Shown here: one piece after another, positions 26,586 to 42,310 of the stretch
Layout: the number at the start of each line of letters is the position of its first letter
Numbering within the stretch: position 1 is the first letter of the stretch
Assembly: GCA_964016885.1 (NCBI GenBank)
Contig: CAXHJY010000595.1
Location: 1-43,169 of the forward strand
Source: Eledone cirrhosa
Taxonomy: Eukaryota
Reading direction: 5' to 3'
Length of the DNA stretch: 43,169 bases
The notes under the pieces: model-generated
Database searches by the model: none
The model's input: only the letters and a program-made list of their open reading frames with translations
What the model was told of the DNA's origin: nothing
Program-made: the position numbers and the translations under genes

Positions 26586-26983
26586 TATATATATATATAT
26601 GTGTGTGTGTATATCTATATACACAATATATATACACACACACACACACATATCTATCTATATATATACACAATATATACACACACACATATCTATATAC
26701 ACACACACACACATATATATCTATATACACACACACACCCACACATATATCTATATACACACACACACACATATATATCTATATACACACACACATATAT
26801 CTATATACACACACACACACATATATCTATCTATATATATATGTGTTATTGGTAGACCAGATACAGAAAACAAGTGAACCAGTCTTCAAACAGAGTCGGA
26901 ATGCGTGATGTGTAAATTATTGGAGGAATGTACATGGCAGCCATATTTATATATCATCATCATCATCATCATCACCATGGTCG

Positions 26984-27017
<34 letters not shown>

Positions 27018-27164
27018 TGTTGTCATCAACATTTAAAGTGTTTTTCCTTCTAATTAGTGTCAGAGGAGTTGTCACAGCAAGTCAGCACTTAATCAGTGCT
27101 AATGACCTTACAGATGGGTCGGGGGACGAGGGAGGGAGGAAGGTCCCACCTCTCATATATATGT

Positions 27165-27489
27165 TCATACAAATTTCTGTTTATTTGCCACTAGGGCACA
27201 AAAGAAAGGGACATGTACATGGGGGGGGGGGGAGTTTACATAGAAATCGAGTAAGAAAAATGTAATAAATAAAATTGTAACAAGAAGGTCCTCAATAGGG
27301 AGGGATCGTTTTGGGGTCACACACCCCCGAAAAAAAAAGTGTGCGACCCTTCTCCACGGGAGCACAAAGAGAGGGTGCTCCCTTCTTCCTTTTCCACCTA
27401 CAGGCTGAGGTAGAGAGAAGGCCCATTCACACGGGCCATTCTCGCAACTTTCACCCACCTTTCATAAAACTGGCTGGAGTGGAGCACTC
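27165..27489 (-). mobile_element. Tx1/L1-like LINE 3' end
   Basis: Minus strand reads VLHSSQFYERWVKVARMARVNGPSLYLSL* (stop 27398-27400), resembling the Tx1-type 'F..RW' terminus. The 3' UTR has hairpins and AATAAA. Confidence 0.5.
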
Positions 27490-27515
27490 ATATATGTTCT
27501 TACACTCTACAGAGT

Positions 27516-28276
27516 TGTTGTTCTTGTCGAGTCCACAAGAGTGTCTGTCAGTTACAAAGCTTAGCTAGACATGGTTCCACCCACCACAGCTAAACACATT
27601 GCTGTCCTTTCTCATTAAACTCTGCCAAGTCCAATGCTGTGCAGGGGTGTTCCAGCAGGGGGTTATATCAGGAGGTGCCTGTGTAGTCTGTGTTTTGATG
27701 TCTGTCAGTTACAAAGCTTGGCTAGACATGGTTCCACCCACCACAGCTAAACACATTGCTGTCCTTTCTCATTAAACTCTGCCAAGTCCAATGCTGTGCA
27801 GGGGTGTTCCAGCAGGGGGTATATCAGGAGGTGCCTGTGTAGTCTGTGTTTTGATGTCTGTCAGTTACAAAGCTTGGCTAGACATGGTTCCACCCACCAC
27901 AGCTAAACACATTGCTGTCCTTTCTCATTAAACTCTGCCAAGTCCAATGCTGTGCAGGGGTGTTCCAGCAGGGGGTATATCAGGAGGTGCCTGTGTAGTC
28001 TGTGTTTTGATGCCACAGTCACACACACAACGTCTCCATCCTTTAAAAATCACCATTTTGCAAGATTGACTTTTGCACGTCCAACACCAGATCTTAGTCT
28101 GTTTAGACATTTCCACACTGCATAGTTTGTATCTGCTCCAGGGGGGCAGTGCCTCACTCGCCTTTAGCTCCATTGTTGTTACAGATGGGAGGTTGTTAAC
28201 TTTTTCTTCCCAGCGACTGACTCTCACTACTTATGCTTGATGTTGCAAGGGGCGTGACGCTCTTTAAGTAAACTTT
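27516..28276 (-). mobile_element. Daphne-like (L2-group) LINE 3' end with a degenerate CCHC knuckle and internal triplication
   Basis: With frameshifts it reads LKSVTPL...RVSRWEEK...EALPPGADTNYAVWKCLNRLRSGVGRAKVNLAKW*FLKDGDVVCDCGIKTQTTQHLLIYPLLEHPCTALDLAEFNEKG. Ends GACTCGACAAGAACAACAAC. Candidate TSD TACAGAGT at 27508-27515 and 28277-28284. Confidence 0.75.
27542..28010. repeat. 156/157-bp tandem triplication
   Basis: Copies start at 27542, 27699 and 27855 and are near-identical. Confidence 0.95.
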
Positions 28277-28479
28277 TACAGAGTGTACTGGGTGTATTTT
28301 ATTGTGGCATCGGCACAAGGGAGGTTGTCATCCTCTTGACATGACTGAAGAGCTTTTACGGGATGGATGCCCCTCCTTCCTCTCACTAACCACTTTGTAG
28401 AGTGCACTGGATGCGCCATGGCACCAGCACTAGAGAGGTACACATATCCTCATGCAGACACACAGACAGATGGACAGAC

Positions 28480-29695
28480 GCACACCACTATCATCAACAT
28501 CACTCTATTGTTATCATCATCATTGTCATCATCTTCGTAATTACCATCATCATTACCCTCATCATCACTATCGTCATCTTCAACACCCTACGATCAACAT
28601 CACCGTCATCATCATTGTCTCCCTCATCACCATCATCACTGTCGTCATAATAATCGTCACCATCTCCCTCATCACCATCATCACCACCATCATCACTGTC
28701 ATCATAAACGTTGTCACCATCACCATCATCACCATCATCACCATCATCATCACTGTCATCATAATCGTTGTCACCATCTCCCTCATCACCACCATCATCA
28801 CTGTCATCATAAACGTTGTCACCATCTCCCTCATCCTCACCATCATCACTATCATCATAATCGTTGTCACCATCTCCCTCATCACCACCATCATCACTGT
28901 CATCATAAACGTTGTCACCATCTCCCTCATCATCACCATCATCACTGTCATCATAATCGTTGTCACCATCTCCCTCATCATCACCATCATCACTGTCATC
29001 ATAAACGTTGTCACCATCTCCCTCATCATCACCATCATCACTGTCATCATAAACGTTGTCACCATCTCCCTCATCATCACCATCATCACTGTCATCATAA
29101 ACGTTGTCACCATCTCCCTCATCATCACCATCATCACTGTCATCATAATCGTTGTCACCATCTCCCTCATCATCACCATCATCACTGTCATCATAATCGT
29201 TGTCACCATCTCCCTCATCATCACCATCATCACTGTCATCATAATCGTTGTCACCATCACCATCATCACCACCATCATCACTATCATCATAAACGTTGTC
29301 ACCATCTCCCTCATCACCACCATCATCACTGTCATCATAAACGTTGTCACCATCTCCCTCATCATCACCATCATCACTGTCATCATAAACGTTGTCACCA
29401 TCTCCCTCATCATCACCATCATCACTGTCATCATAAACGTTGTCACCATCTCCCTCATCACCACCATCATCACTATCATCATAAACGTTGTCACCATCTC
29501 CCTCATCATCACCATCATCACTGTCATCATAAACGTTGTCACCATCTCCCTCATCACCACCATCATCACTATCATCATAAACGTTGTCACCATCTCCCTC
29601 ATCATCACCATCATCACTGTCATCATAAACGTTGTCACCATCTCCCTCATCCTCACCATCATCACTGTCATCATTATTGTCATCATTATTGTCAT
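28480..29695. repeat. 48/51-bp minisatellite built from (CAT/CAC)n
   Basis: Unit catcatcactgtcatcataaacgttgtcaccatctccctcatcatcac. Confidence 0.93.
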
Positions 29696-29985
29696 CCACT
29701 TGCAACCAGTATTTGAAAGTAGTGGCATGCCATATTGATTTTTCCATTACGGGGAGGTGAATTCCTGCTGATGACATGGTCCCATGCCCAATTACGTAAT
29801 GTATTCTAACATTACCTAATATTCTGCACATGGTTGTTCCACTTGGAACACTGCCAACAGATCGGAACTGTAGAAACTGATGCATTGGTCCAGGTATCTC
29901 AATTATCTTACCCACACGAAGTTGTCTTCCTCACTAATTAACGTATGTGGTGCACTCTATCCAGGTGGGTTAGTAGTCTAATAAC

Positions 29986-30293
29986 TGTTTCTACTTTAGG
30001 TACAAGGCCAGCAATTATCCAGTGCATTACTGGTACTTTATTTTATCGACCCCGTAAAGATGAAAGGCAAAGTTAACATCGGCGGGATTTGAACTCAGAC
30101 TTTTATATATATATAATTGTTTCTACTTTAGGCACAAGGCCAGCAATTACCCAGTGCATTACTGGTACTTTATTTTATCGACCCCGTAAAGATGAAAGGC
30201 AAAGTCAACCTCGGCGGGATTTGAACTCAGATCGTAAAGGGACGTAACTATGCTGGAAAGCATGGCGTCCGACCCTCTACCGATACTGCCAAT
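29986..30293 (-). mobile_element. Two tandem Nin-core SINEs (29986-30099 truncated; 30117-30293)
   Basis: Same family as 7614-7802. Confidence 0.85.
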
Positions 30294-30326
30294 TTAATAA
30301 TACAAACTTAACTGATTATTGAGTGA

Positions 30327-31660
30327 GTGGTGGTGGTGGTGGTGGTGGTGGTGGTGACAGTGGTGGTGGCGGTGGTGGTAGTGTTCACAGTGGTGGTGGC
30401 GGTGGTTGTGGAAGTGAGTGGTGGCGATGGTGGTGGTGGTGGTAGTGGTTGTGGTAGGCAGGGACAGTGGTGGCGATGGTGGTGGTTGTTGTGATGATGG
30501 TGATGGTGGCAATGGTGGTGGTGGTTTTTTTTGTTGTTGTGGTGGTGGTGGCGGTGACAGTGAAGGCGATAGCGGTGGTGATTGTTGTGGTGGTGGTAGT
30601 GGTTATGGTGGCGATGGTGGTGGTTGTTGTTGTTGTTGCGGAGGTGGCAGTAGCGGTGGTGAGGTTAAACGTAGGCTTGAGACAAATAAAATAAACAGCT
30701 ATTTGTTATGAAGACATGTTGATGATAAGTGATGTTGATGATAGTGATGTTGATGGTGATGTTGATGATGATGATAGTGATGATGATGATGATGGTGGTG
30801 ATGATGATGATGGTGGTGATGATGATGGTGGTGATGATGATGGTGGTGATGGTGTTGGTGATGATGGTGATGTTGATGATGGTGATGTTGATGATGGTGA
30901 TGATGTTGATGATGGTGGTGATGTTGGTGATGGTGATGATGGTGATGATGGTGGTGATGATGGTGGTGTTGATGGTGTTGGTGATGATGGTGATGTTGAT
31001 GGCGGTGATGATGTTGATGATGGTGGTGATGTTGATGATGGTGGTGATGATAATGATGATGATGGTGATGATGGTGATGATGGTGTTGGTGATGATGGTG
31101 ATGTTGATGGTGGTGATGATGGTGATGTTGATGGTGGTGATGATGATGATGATGGTGGTGATGTTGATGATGGTGGTGATGTTGATGATGGTGGTGATGT
31201 TGATGATGGTGGTGATGATGGTGTTGGTGATGATGGTGGTGATGACGGTGATGTTGATGGTGGTGATGTTGATGGTGGTGATGTTGATGGTGGTGATGAT
31301 AGTGGTGGTGATAGTGGTGTTGATGGTGTTGGTGATGATGGTGTTGGTGATGATGGTGTTGGTGATGATGGTGTTGGTGATGATGGTGTTGGTGATGATG
31401 GTGTTGGTGATGATGGTGTTGGTGATGTTGATGATGGTGGTGATGATGGTGTTGGTGATGGTGTTGGTGATGATGGTAATGATGATGGTAATGATGATGG
31501 TGGTGTTGATGGTGTTGGTGATAGTGATGTTGATGGTGGTGATGATGTTGATGATGGTGGTGATGATGGTGTTGGTGATGATGGTGATGTTGATGATGGT
31601 GGTGATGATGGTGGTGTTGATGGTGTTGGTGATGATGGTGATGGTGTTGATGATGGTAAT
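30327..31660. repeat. (GGT/GAT/GTT)n repeats
   Basis: Direct inspection. Confidence 0.95.
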
Positions 31661-31984
31661 GACTCTAATACTATTAATTAGAAACCAACAGAAATACGCA
31701 GTTGGTGTTGTTAGTTGCGTCTCCAAGAATTTATTCTAAAGAAACAAAAACACAAAAAAAAAACATCACCGAAAAACAAAAAATACTTTAAAATATATAA
31801 AATTATATAAAAAAATCTATATAAAAAAAGCTCCAAAACAAGGAACAAAAGTGTTTTTATTTGAGGAAATATTTCAGTTAACGAAACAACAAGTTGCTGT
31901 TTTTATTGGGTGATTCAAGAAATTGGGGGAATACCAAGAATTTTAATTGACAACATTTGCAGGCCTTTAAAAGTGTCATATATA

Positions 31985-34020
<2,036 letters not shown>

Positions 34021-34245
34021 ACAGAAACAAACTTTTGCTATGAAAACATCAGCTCTGCCCAATCCCTTGTCTTTAGATTGGATTTCCTCACAAATGTAAC
34101 CGTATCACGTAAGATGTTGTCTGACAATGTTGTGTAACTGGTTACATGGTTGAACAATCATGTCGCCACAATCGTCATTGAAATATGTATCACAGCTTTG
34201 TTAATAAAGGACTTTTTAATAGAACTTCGCATTTTTCTCCCCCTG

Positions 34246-35345
<1,100 letters not shown>

Positions 35346-35809
35346 TATTACATATGTACTGTACATGTTATTCACCATTTTGCACTGAAAGACTTTCTCA
35401 TTTTAACTGAAAATATCATATTTAACCCCTCTAAGCCCTTATATCAGAGTAAGATAAACCCTATCACTTATCTTGTTCCCCATCTCTACCCTTGATCGTG
35501 GGGGAAGGGTGGATGTTAACTATTTCAGTACCAGCCCAGCCCAACCCAAGCCAACCCAACACCAACTTTGTTGAAATGCTTCTTGTCATTGGAAAGAAAT
35601 GGTGATATGATAGGACTGGGGGCTCCTAGTATAAACACTCCCAAGAAATATATTTTCTAGGAGATGTAACCTTATATGAGGCCAGCTAAGCCTGCACAGG
35701 TGTGAACTGTAACAACAACATTCACCACTAGAATGAATTCAACACAATTTTGTTTGTGTAAATAATTCACATAATAAAAAGGTTGAGAGAGAGAGAAAAA
35801 AAAAGAGGA

Positions 35810-36120
35810 CTTCTTTATTACTTTCCTAAATTGAGATATCACAGCTCTGATACTATAGACATATGGTTAGAATGTCTCAGGAACGAATTACTGGACAGAT
35901 TTTCTTGAGCAAAATCTACTGGCAGGAGACCAAGGGGTAGACCCCCCCCCCCCCCCCCAAGCAAGATTGGTTGGATTACATTCATGAGCTTGGCTGGTCT
36001 CGCTTGGGGATCCAGCCAGATCAATTGGAGATGGTTGCTTCTGATAGGACCCACTAGAAAGAATGAATGCTTGAGGACTCTGCCCCTCACGACTCTCTCA
36101 AGAATAAGTGGGAGAAGAGG
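35810..36120 (+). mobile_element. RTE-clade (Rex3/Expander-like) LINE 3' end
   Basis: With frameshifts it reads IEISQL*YYRHMVRMSQERITGQIF..AKSTGRRPRGRP..WLDYIHELGWSRLGIQPDQLEMVASDR. Confidence 0.85.
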
Positions 36121-36164
36121 AGGAAGTGGGGAAGGGAGAGGCCCACATTACACCCATGTGTCTA

Positions 36165-36365
36165 GGTGTCATATCTCAGCTGTTCCCCACCACATGGACA
36201 AGATGGTGAAAGCATTGCTACAGAGAATAGCCAGCATTATCCACTGCTACAGCCACTCCATCTCACATGGCCCCTTCAGCAGGCAGGATGTCCTTCAGTT
36301 TGTGGACCAAGGACACCAGAGGGTCCCGACAGCGAGAGACACAAAAATAGAAGCCGCATTTGGCT
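36165..36365 (-). mobile_element. CRE-like non-LTR retrotransposon, RLE C-terminal fragment (degenerate)
   Basis: Reads FVSLAVGT/SGVLGPQT...CEMEWL*QWIMLAILCSNAFTILS. Confidence 0.65.
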
Positions 36366-36388
36366 ATCTTCCACCCCTCCAAGCAACA

Positions 36389-36573
36389 GGTTTCTGATTT
36401 AGGCACAAGGCCAACAATTTGGGGGGAGGGGAGAAAGTCGATTAAATCAACCTCAGTGCATTACTGGTACTTTATTTTATCGACCCTGTAAGGATGAAAG
36501 GCAAAGCAAACCTCGGCAAGATTTGAACTCAGAACCTAAAGGGACGTTACTCTATGCTGCAAAGCATGTTGCC
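36389..36573 (-). mobile_element. Nin-core SINE
   Basis: Same family motifs as 7614-7802. Confidence 0.85.
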
Positions 36574-36649
36574 CAGGGCTAAATAACAACATCAATAGCA
36601 ACAACTAACATCACCACTGTTACTACTACTGTTAATGTGTTAGGGACAC

Positions 36650-37112
36650 CCCAACAACAACAGAAACAACTACTACCACCACCACCACTACAACCACCAC
36701 CACCACTACAACCACCACCACTACAACAACCACCACCACTACAACAACCACCACCACCACCACCATCACAACAACCACCACCACCACCACCTCCACTACA
36801 ACCACCACCACCTCCACTACAACCACCACCACCACCACCACAACAACCACAACCACCACAACAATCACAACCACCACCACTACAACAACCACCACCACTA
36901 CAACCACCACCACCACCACAACCACCACCACAACAACCACCACCACTACAACAACCACCACCACCACAACAACCACAACCATCACCACAACAACCACAAC
37001 CACCACCACAACAATCACAACCACCACCACTACAACAACCACCACCACCACCACCACCACCACAACAACAACCACCACCACCACCACAACAACCACTACC
37101 ACTACAACAACC
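36650..37112. repeat. (CAC/CAA/CTA)n repeat
   Basis: Direct inspection. Confidence 0.95.
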
Positions 37113-37374
37113 ATAGGTTCCACTCCTACTTCACAGTTGAGTGATTATTGATAGGAAAACCAGCCAGAAATTAAAATAATTACCACAACAATAAACAATT
37201 CTATACAACAACAACAACAGCACCAACAAGGAAAAAGGACATAACCCCCCCCCCCCCCGCCCCCATTCACCCTCCTTTATTCTAGTGTTGTTTTTTCTTA
37301 TGTTTTGTTTCTCTTATTACTGAAGTGAAACTGTAAAGTTACTCAACCAGAACAAGGAGGATATCCACTTAGTT

Positions 37375-37928
37375 TGCTGCTGCTCTTGTTGCTTCTACTA
37401 CTGCTACTACTACTGCTACTACTACTTCTACTACTACTTCTACTACTGCTAGTACTACTTCTACTACTGCTAATACTACTTCTACTACTGCTAGTACTAC
37501 TACTACTACTGCTATTATTGTTTCTACTGCTGTTGTTTTTGTTGCTGCTGTTCATTCTATTACTGCTGCTGCTGTTGTTGTTCTTGTTGTTGGTGCTTCT
37601 ACTACTACTACTAGTGCTGCTACTACTACTGCTGTTGTTGCTGTTGCTTCTACTACTGCTGTTGTTGCTGTTGCTTCTACTGCTGCTGTTGTTGCTGTTG
37701 CTTCTACTGCTGCTGTTGTTGCTGTTGCTTCTACTGCTGCTGTTGTTGCTGTTGCTTCTACTGCTGTTGTTGTTGCTGTTGCTTCTACTACTGCTGTTGT
37801 TGCTGTTGCTTCTACTGCTGATGTTGCTGTTGCTTCTACTACTGCTGTTGTTGCTGTTGCTTCTACTGCTGTTTTTGCTGTTGCTTCTACTACTGCTGTT
37901 GTTGCTTCTACTGCTGTTGTTGTTGCTG
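37375..37928. repeat. (CTG/CTA/TTG)n repeat
   Basis: Direct inspection. Confidence 0.95.
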
Positions 37929-38001
37929 CACAACCAATTAGTCTGTCTTAGCATGTAATATTTTTGTTTATATGTTTCAATCACTGCATTTATGCAATAA
38001 T

Positions 38002-38185
38002 TGTTTCTACTATTGGCACAAGGCCAGCAATTACCCAGTACATTACTGGTACTTTATTTTATCGACCCCGTAAGGATGAAAGGCAAAGTTAACCTCGGCG
38101 CGATTTGAAATCAGAATGACAAGGGGCGTAACTCTATACGTCAAAGCATAGTGTCCGACCCTCTACCGATACTGCCAATCCACCG
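38002..38185 (-). mobile_element. Nin-core SINE with a 9-bp TSD
   Basis: TGCAATAAT at 37993-38001 and 38186-38194. Confidence 0.88.
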
Positions 38186-38261
38186 TGCAATAATGAACCA
38201 ACAAAGGGGGAGGGCAATGTCTATTCAATGAGGGGGACCTCTACACAGCCTACAGGGTGAT

Positions 38262-38580
38262 CAGCAGGTGGGCCAAAGAGTCGAGCCACAGCTTGAGCAA
38301 AGAGGTGAGCCACAGATGGGCCAATGAGATGAGCCACAGGTGGGCCAATGTGGTGAGACACAGGTGGGCCAATGGGATGAGCCACAGGTGGGCCAATGGG
38401 ATGAGCCATAGGTGGGCCAATGTAATGAGCCACAGGTGGGCCAATGTAATGAGCCACAGGTGGGCCAATGTGATGAGACACAGGTGGGCCAATGGTGTGA
38501 GACACAGGTGGGCCAATGGTGTGAGCCACAGTTGGGTGAGCCACAATTGGGGCACATGTGGGCCAAAGAGGTGAGCCAAG
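38262..38580. repeat. 24-bp minisatellite
   Basis: Unit gagccacaggtgggccaatg(t/g)(g/a)at, about 10-12 copies. Confidence 0.9.
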
Positions 38581-38949
38581 GTTGATCTACATTTGGGTCC
38601 ATGAGTTAAGCCTCTATAGAGCCAATACAGTGAGCCTTGACTGGGTCAAAGATGAGCCCCTATCTAGAAGGCTTGACTGGGTCATTAATATGACCCCTTG
38701 TTTCGCAACATTCAGTATTTTATAGTAATATTTATCATTTGTAATCAGCTGCCCTAAAGTCTATCTCAACCAGGGAGTTCATCTGACTGGTTGGTAATCC
38801 AGTGGCGAGCTGGGTTTCTGAAGTTTCTCTTACAATTCTTTGTTTAGGTCATTTGTATCACAAAACTCTATAAGATCTTCCCCCACACCTCTCCTTTGCT
38901 ACATGTACACACAGCAGTAACACCTACACACTTTGTTGAAGATATTTGA

Positions 38950-39410
38950 AAGAGAAGAAGAAGGCAAAGAAGAAGGCAAAGAAGAAGAAGAAGGCAAAGA
39001 AGAAGAAGAAGGAAAGGAAGAAGAAGAAGGCAAAGAAGAAGGCAAAGAAGAAGAGGGCAAAGAAGAAGAAGAAGAAGAAGAAGGCAAAGAAGGCAAAGAA
39101 GGCAAAGAAGGCAAAGAAGGCAAAGAAGAAGAAGAAGAAGAAGAAGAAGAAGGCGAAGAAGAAGGCAAAGAAGGCAAAGAAAAAGGCAAAGAAGGCAAAG
39201 AAAAAGGCAAAGAAGGCAAAGAAAAAGGCAAAGAAGGCAAAGAAAAAGGCAAAGAAAAAAAAGGCGACCAAGAAGAAGAAGAAAAAGGCGAAGAAGAAGA
39301 AGAAAAAGCGAAGAAAAAGGCGAAGAAGAAGAAGAAGAAGAAGAAGAAAGCGAAGCAGACGAAAGCGAAAGCGAAGAAGGCGAAGAAGGCGAAGAAGAAG
39401 AAGAAGGTGA
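38950..39410. repeat. (GAA)n/(GGCAAA) purine-rich repeat
   Basis: Direct inspection. Confidence 0.92.
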
Positions 39411-39811
39411 TACGAAAAAAGAACTACAAGATATGTTGAACAATATAAAGGTGGCACCACCACCACCAGCAGCGGGTGGTGGTGGTGGTGGTGGTATTAC
39501 AAGATAGTGACTGCTGTTTATGAGAGAAGAAAACAAGCTTTTATTTGAAGGGTTTATAGAAATATGGTATGTTCTTTGATTTTATAGGTTAAGCTCTCCT
39601 ACCCCTACGCCCCACCCGTAATCTGCTAATTTACTTCATTCATCTCATTCCTCCCCTTGGCCCTAATCTCCAGTTAACCATAAACTGTATTAATTTATTC
39701 CTCTTTACAAGCTATATTCCATTTTCTTGTCATTGTTTACATACAATAAAACAACAACATAAAACCTTATAGACAGAACAAATACCTGTGCCAAACAATA
39801 TTTTAACTCCT

Positions 39812-40285
39812 CATATTTTTCTAAAATACCTTTATATTCACCCAGATATATCCCATATTTTCTAAAATACCCTTATATTCACCCAGATATATCCCATATT
39901 TTCTAAAATACCCTTATATTCACCCAGATATATCCCATATTTTCTAAAATACCTTTATATTCACCCAGATATATCCCATATTTTCTAAAATACCTTTATA
40001 TTCACCCAGATATATCCCATATTTTCTAAAATACCCTTATATTCACCCAGATATATACCATATTTTCTAAAATACCCTTATATCCACCTACATATATCAC
40101 ATTTTTCTACAATACCCTTATATCCACCTACATCACATATTTTCTAAAATACCCTTAAATCTACCCAGATACATCACATATTTTTTAAAATATGCTTTTA
40201 TCCACCTACGTACATCACATATTTTCTAAAATACCCTTATATCCACCCATATACATCACCTATTTTCTAAAATACCCTTATATCC
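39812..40285. repeat. 41-bp minisatellite, about 11 copies
   Basis: Unit catattttctaaaatacc(c/t)ttatattcacccagatatatcc, degenerating toward the 3' end. Confidence 0.93.
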
Positions 40286-40816
40286 CTTATATTTTGTAAG
40301 TTCCCTTTCATATTTAAGATGGGGATATGTGGTTTGAGACAGTTTTGACTGCTATTTCTAACAAACGAAGTGACAGAATAGAAGCTTTCACATCTCGCAA
40401 TTCTTATTTAAGGGGCTAACGTGCGATTTGGGGAGATTTGGCTTCTATTTCTAGCCAGTCGAGGAGAAGCAAAAATTACTGCAAGCAAGAATTATTATTT
40501 TTTCTTTTAATAAAATAACAAGTCTTATAAAGTTAGCAGCTACACATATTTTTTAATTATTAATACATACGGTGTTCACTCCCGTGGGTAGCCAACTCCG
40601 TCCCTGGTAGCTGGGGGTATGGGAGTAAGTATGGGGACCAACAACGTCAGATATGCGTCCTTCTTACACAAACACATACACGCAATAACACTGTTCAATC
40701 AGTAAAAAGATGTACCACATACACATGCCAAGCGTGTGTCTGTCTGTCTGTGTGTGTATGTGTATGTGTGTATGTGTGTGCGTGCACGCGTTAAGTAACA
40801 GCAATGAAAGAAAACG

Positions 40817-41010
40817 GTGGAGACCTCTGGTGTCCTTAGCCCAAGGGTCACCTCCTTGCTCACCACTATCGACACAGAGTTGGCCAGCTGCAGGCGTGTG
40901 CCCTGCGAGCTGCAATGGCTCTCCCAGAGCGTCTCCCTCATCATCATCCGGGGAAACGCCTTCTCTATTCTGTCCGCAGGGTGGCCAGCACGTGCCCCCC
41001 TCCCTCCATT
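40817..41010 (+). mobile_element. CRE-like non-LTR retrotransposon, RLE C-terminal fragment
   Basis: Reads VETSGVLSPRVTSLLTTIDTELASCRRVPCELQWLSQSVSLIIIRGNAFSILSAG, matching the 'ET.G..G...L.Q..S....RGNA' signature. Confidence 0.75.
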
Positions 41011-41248
41011 TGCTCATAATAGTGAGAGAGAAGGAGAGACTGTGGGAGGTTTGGTTCTCTTGTATTCGGACCTAGTGCATATGTATATGTGTTACAGCCA
41101 CACACTCACGCTTCTACCAATACAACTATATTTTACAATCAGATCTTAAACGTTCAATCAAACTAGAACTTCGGAATATATTGTCTACGAAAACATATTA
41201 ACAACAAAACATGACAAACTTTGCTGATTTCTTCAACTTCACTGTAAA

Positions 41249-41520
41249 ATCGGAAAGATGACGACCCGCTTAATGAGGGAGCCCCGTGAAGTGGGGTGGC
41301 TGTTGCAACGAGTGCCTCTGGCCATTCTCCGCAATAACGCCTCTGTCATTTTTTCCTCGAAGCGGGGCTGAGGCACCACTCAGACTGGGAAGAGAGGGGG
41401 GGATCTGTCTTTCCTGCCCCCTTTCCCTTTTTTTCGTTGTTTGATACTTTTTTTGTTCCCTTTATTAATGTGTTTTGTTTTTTTGTAGAAACAGCGTTGA
41501 AAAATAAAAAAAATAAACAA
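41249..41520 (+). mobile_element. CRE-like non-LTR retrotransposon 3' end
   Basis: 41249-41371 reads IGKMTTRLMREPREVGWLLQRVPLAILRNNASVIFSSKRG*. Followed by a UTR and an A-rich tail. Confidence 0.7.
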
Positions 41521-41610
41521 ACTATAAATTGAATGATGCAAGGGAGATAACTCTAAGCGACTATTTTTTTTTTTTTGCTTACGTCATTTATTTACGTTGG
41601 AACAACATTA

Positions 41611-42310
41611 GACGCAACGTGGTCGAATGGTTTAGAACAGAGGTTCTGAAAGTGGGCGCTACTGCCCCCTGGGCGTGTTGAGAAGGTCTATTGGGGAGCT
41701 GGGACCTAAGGGGTGGTGGGGGGCGGCGGCGATATAGATCATATAATAGTATATTAAATATCAAATGATACATATATATAAATATAGTAAAATAAAAAAT
41801 ATATATTTACACAGAGTATATATTATATTATTTATTATATATAAATTAACGATTTTATTTATTATATATTATTTACAATTTGCGTGTAAGCAGGTCTCTG
41901 GGGGAAAAGGGGGAGGCGCTGAGGGTATTACATGGCGGTGGCCCAAAGAGTTTGACAACCTCTGGTTTAGAAGTTCGCTTCGCAATTATTAGGTCACGGG
42001 TTCGATACCACGACATCGTATCTTGGGCAAGTGTCATTTATAGCCTCGGGTCAACCCATACTTTGTGAGTAAAAATTGGGTAGACGGAAACTGCTTGGAA
42101 GCCTGTCGGATGGACTATGCCTGTAATTCAAAGGGGGGGATCATTGTCCTTGTCACACACTGTATCATGCTGAATCTCCCTGAGAATTACGTAAAGGATA
42201 CACGTGTCTGTGGAACGTTCAGCCACATACACGTTCACTTCATGAACAGGCTGATCTGTTGATCGAGTGAACAACTAGAACACTCCCCGTCGAAACAGAT
42301 GGAGATCCAT
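41611..42310 (+). mobile_element. tRNA-derived SINE interrupted by a hAT MITE
   Basis: A-box-like TGGTCGAATGG, B-box GGTTCGATACC, then CTTGGGCAAGTGTC...TATAGCCTCGGG...GGTAGACGGAAACTG. Confidence 0.7.
41638..41964. mobile_element. Non-autonomous hAT (Charlie-like) MITE, 327 bp
   Basis: TIRs CAGAGGTTCTGAAAGT / CAGAGGTTGTCAAACT. Perfect 8-bp TSD GTTTAGAA at 41630-41637 and 41965-41972. Confidence 0.92.

Noticed and set aside
29764-29800. CTGATGA plus catgg/ccatg hairpin as a hammerhead
   Set aside because: No GAAA after the hairpin and no stem I partner.
28500-29915. Asp/Gly-rich biomineralisation-like protein
   Set aside because: Built from a (GAT/GGT) minisatellite open in three frames, with a non-ATG start and no signal peptide.
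38933-39439. Protamine or histone H1-like Lys/Arg-rich ORF
   Set aside because: (GAA)n-derived repeat, open in several frames on both strands, with non-ATG starts.
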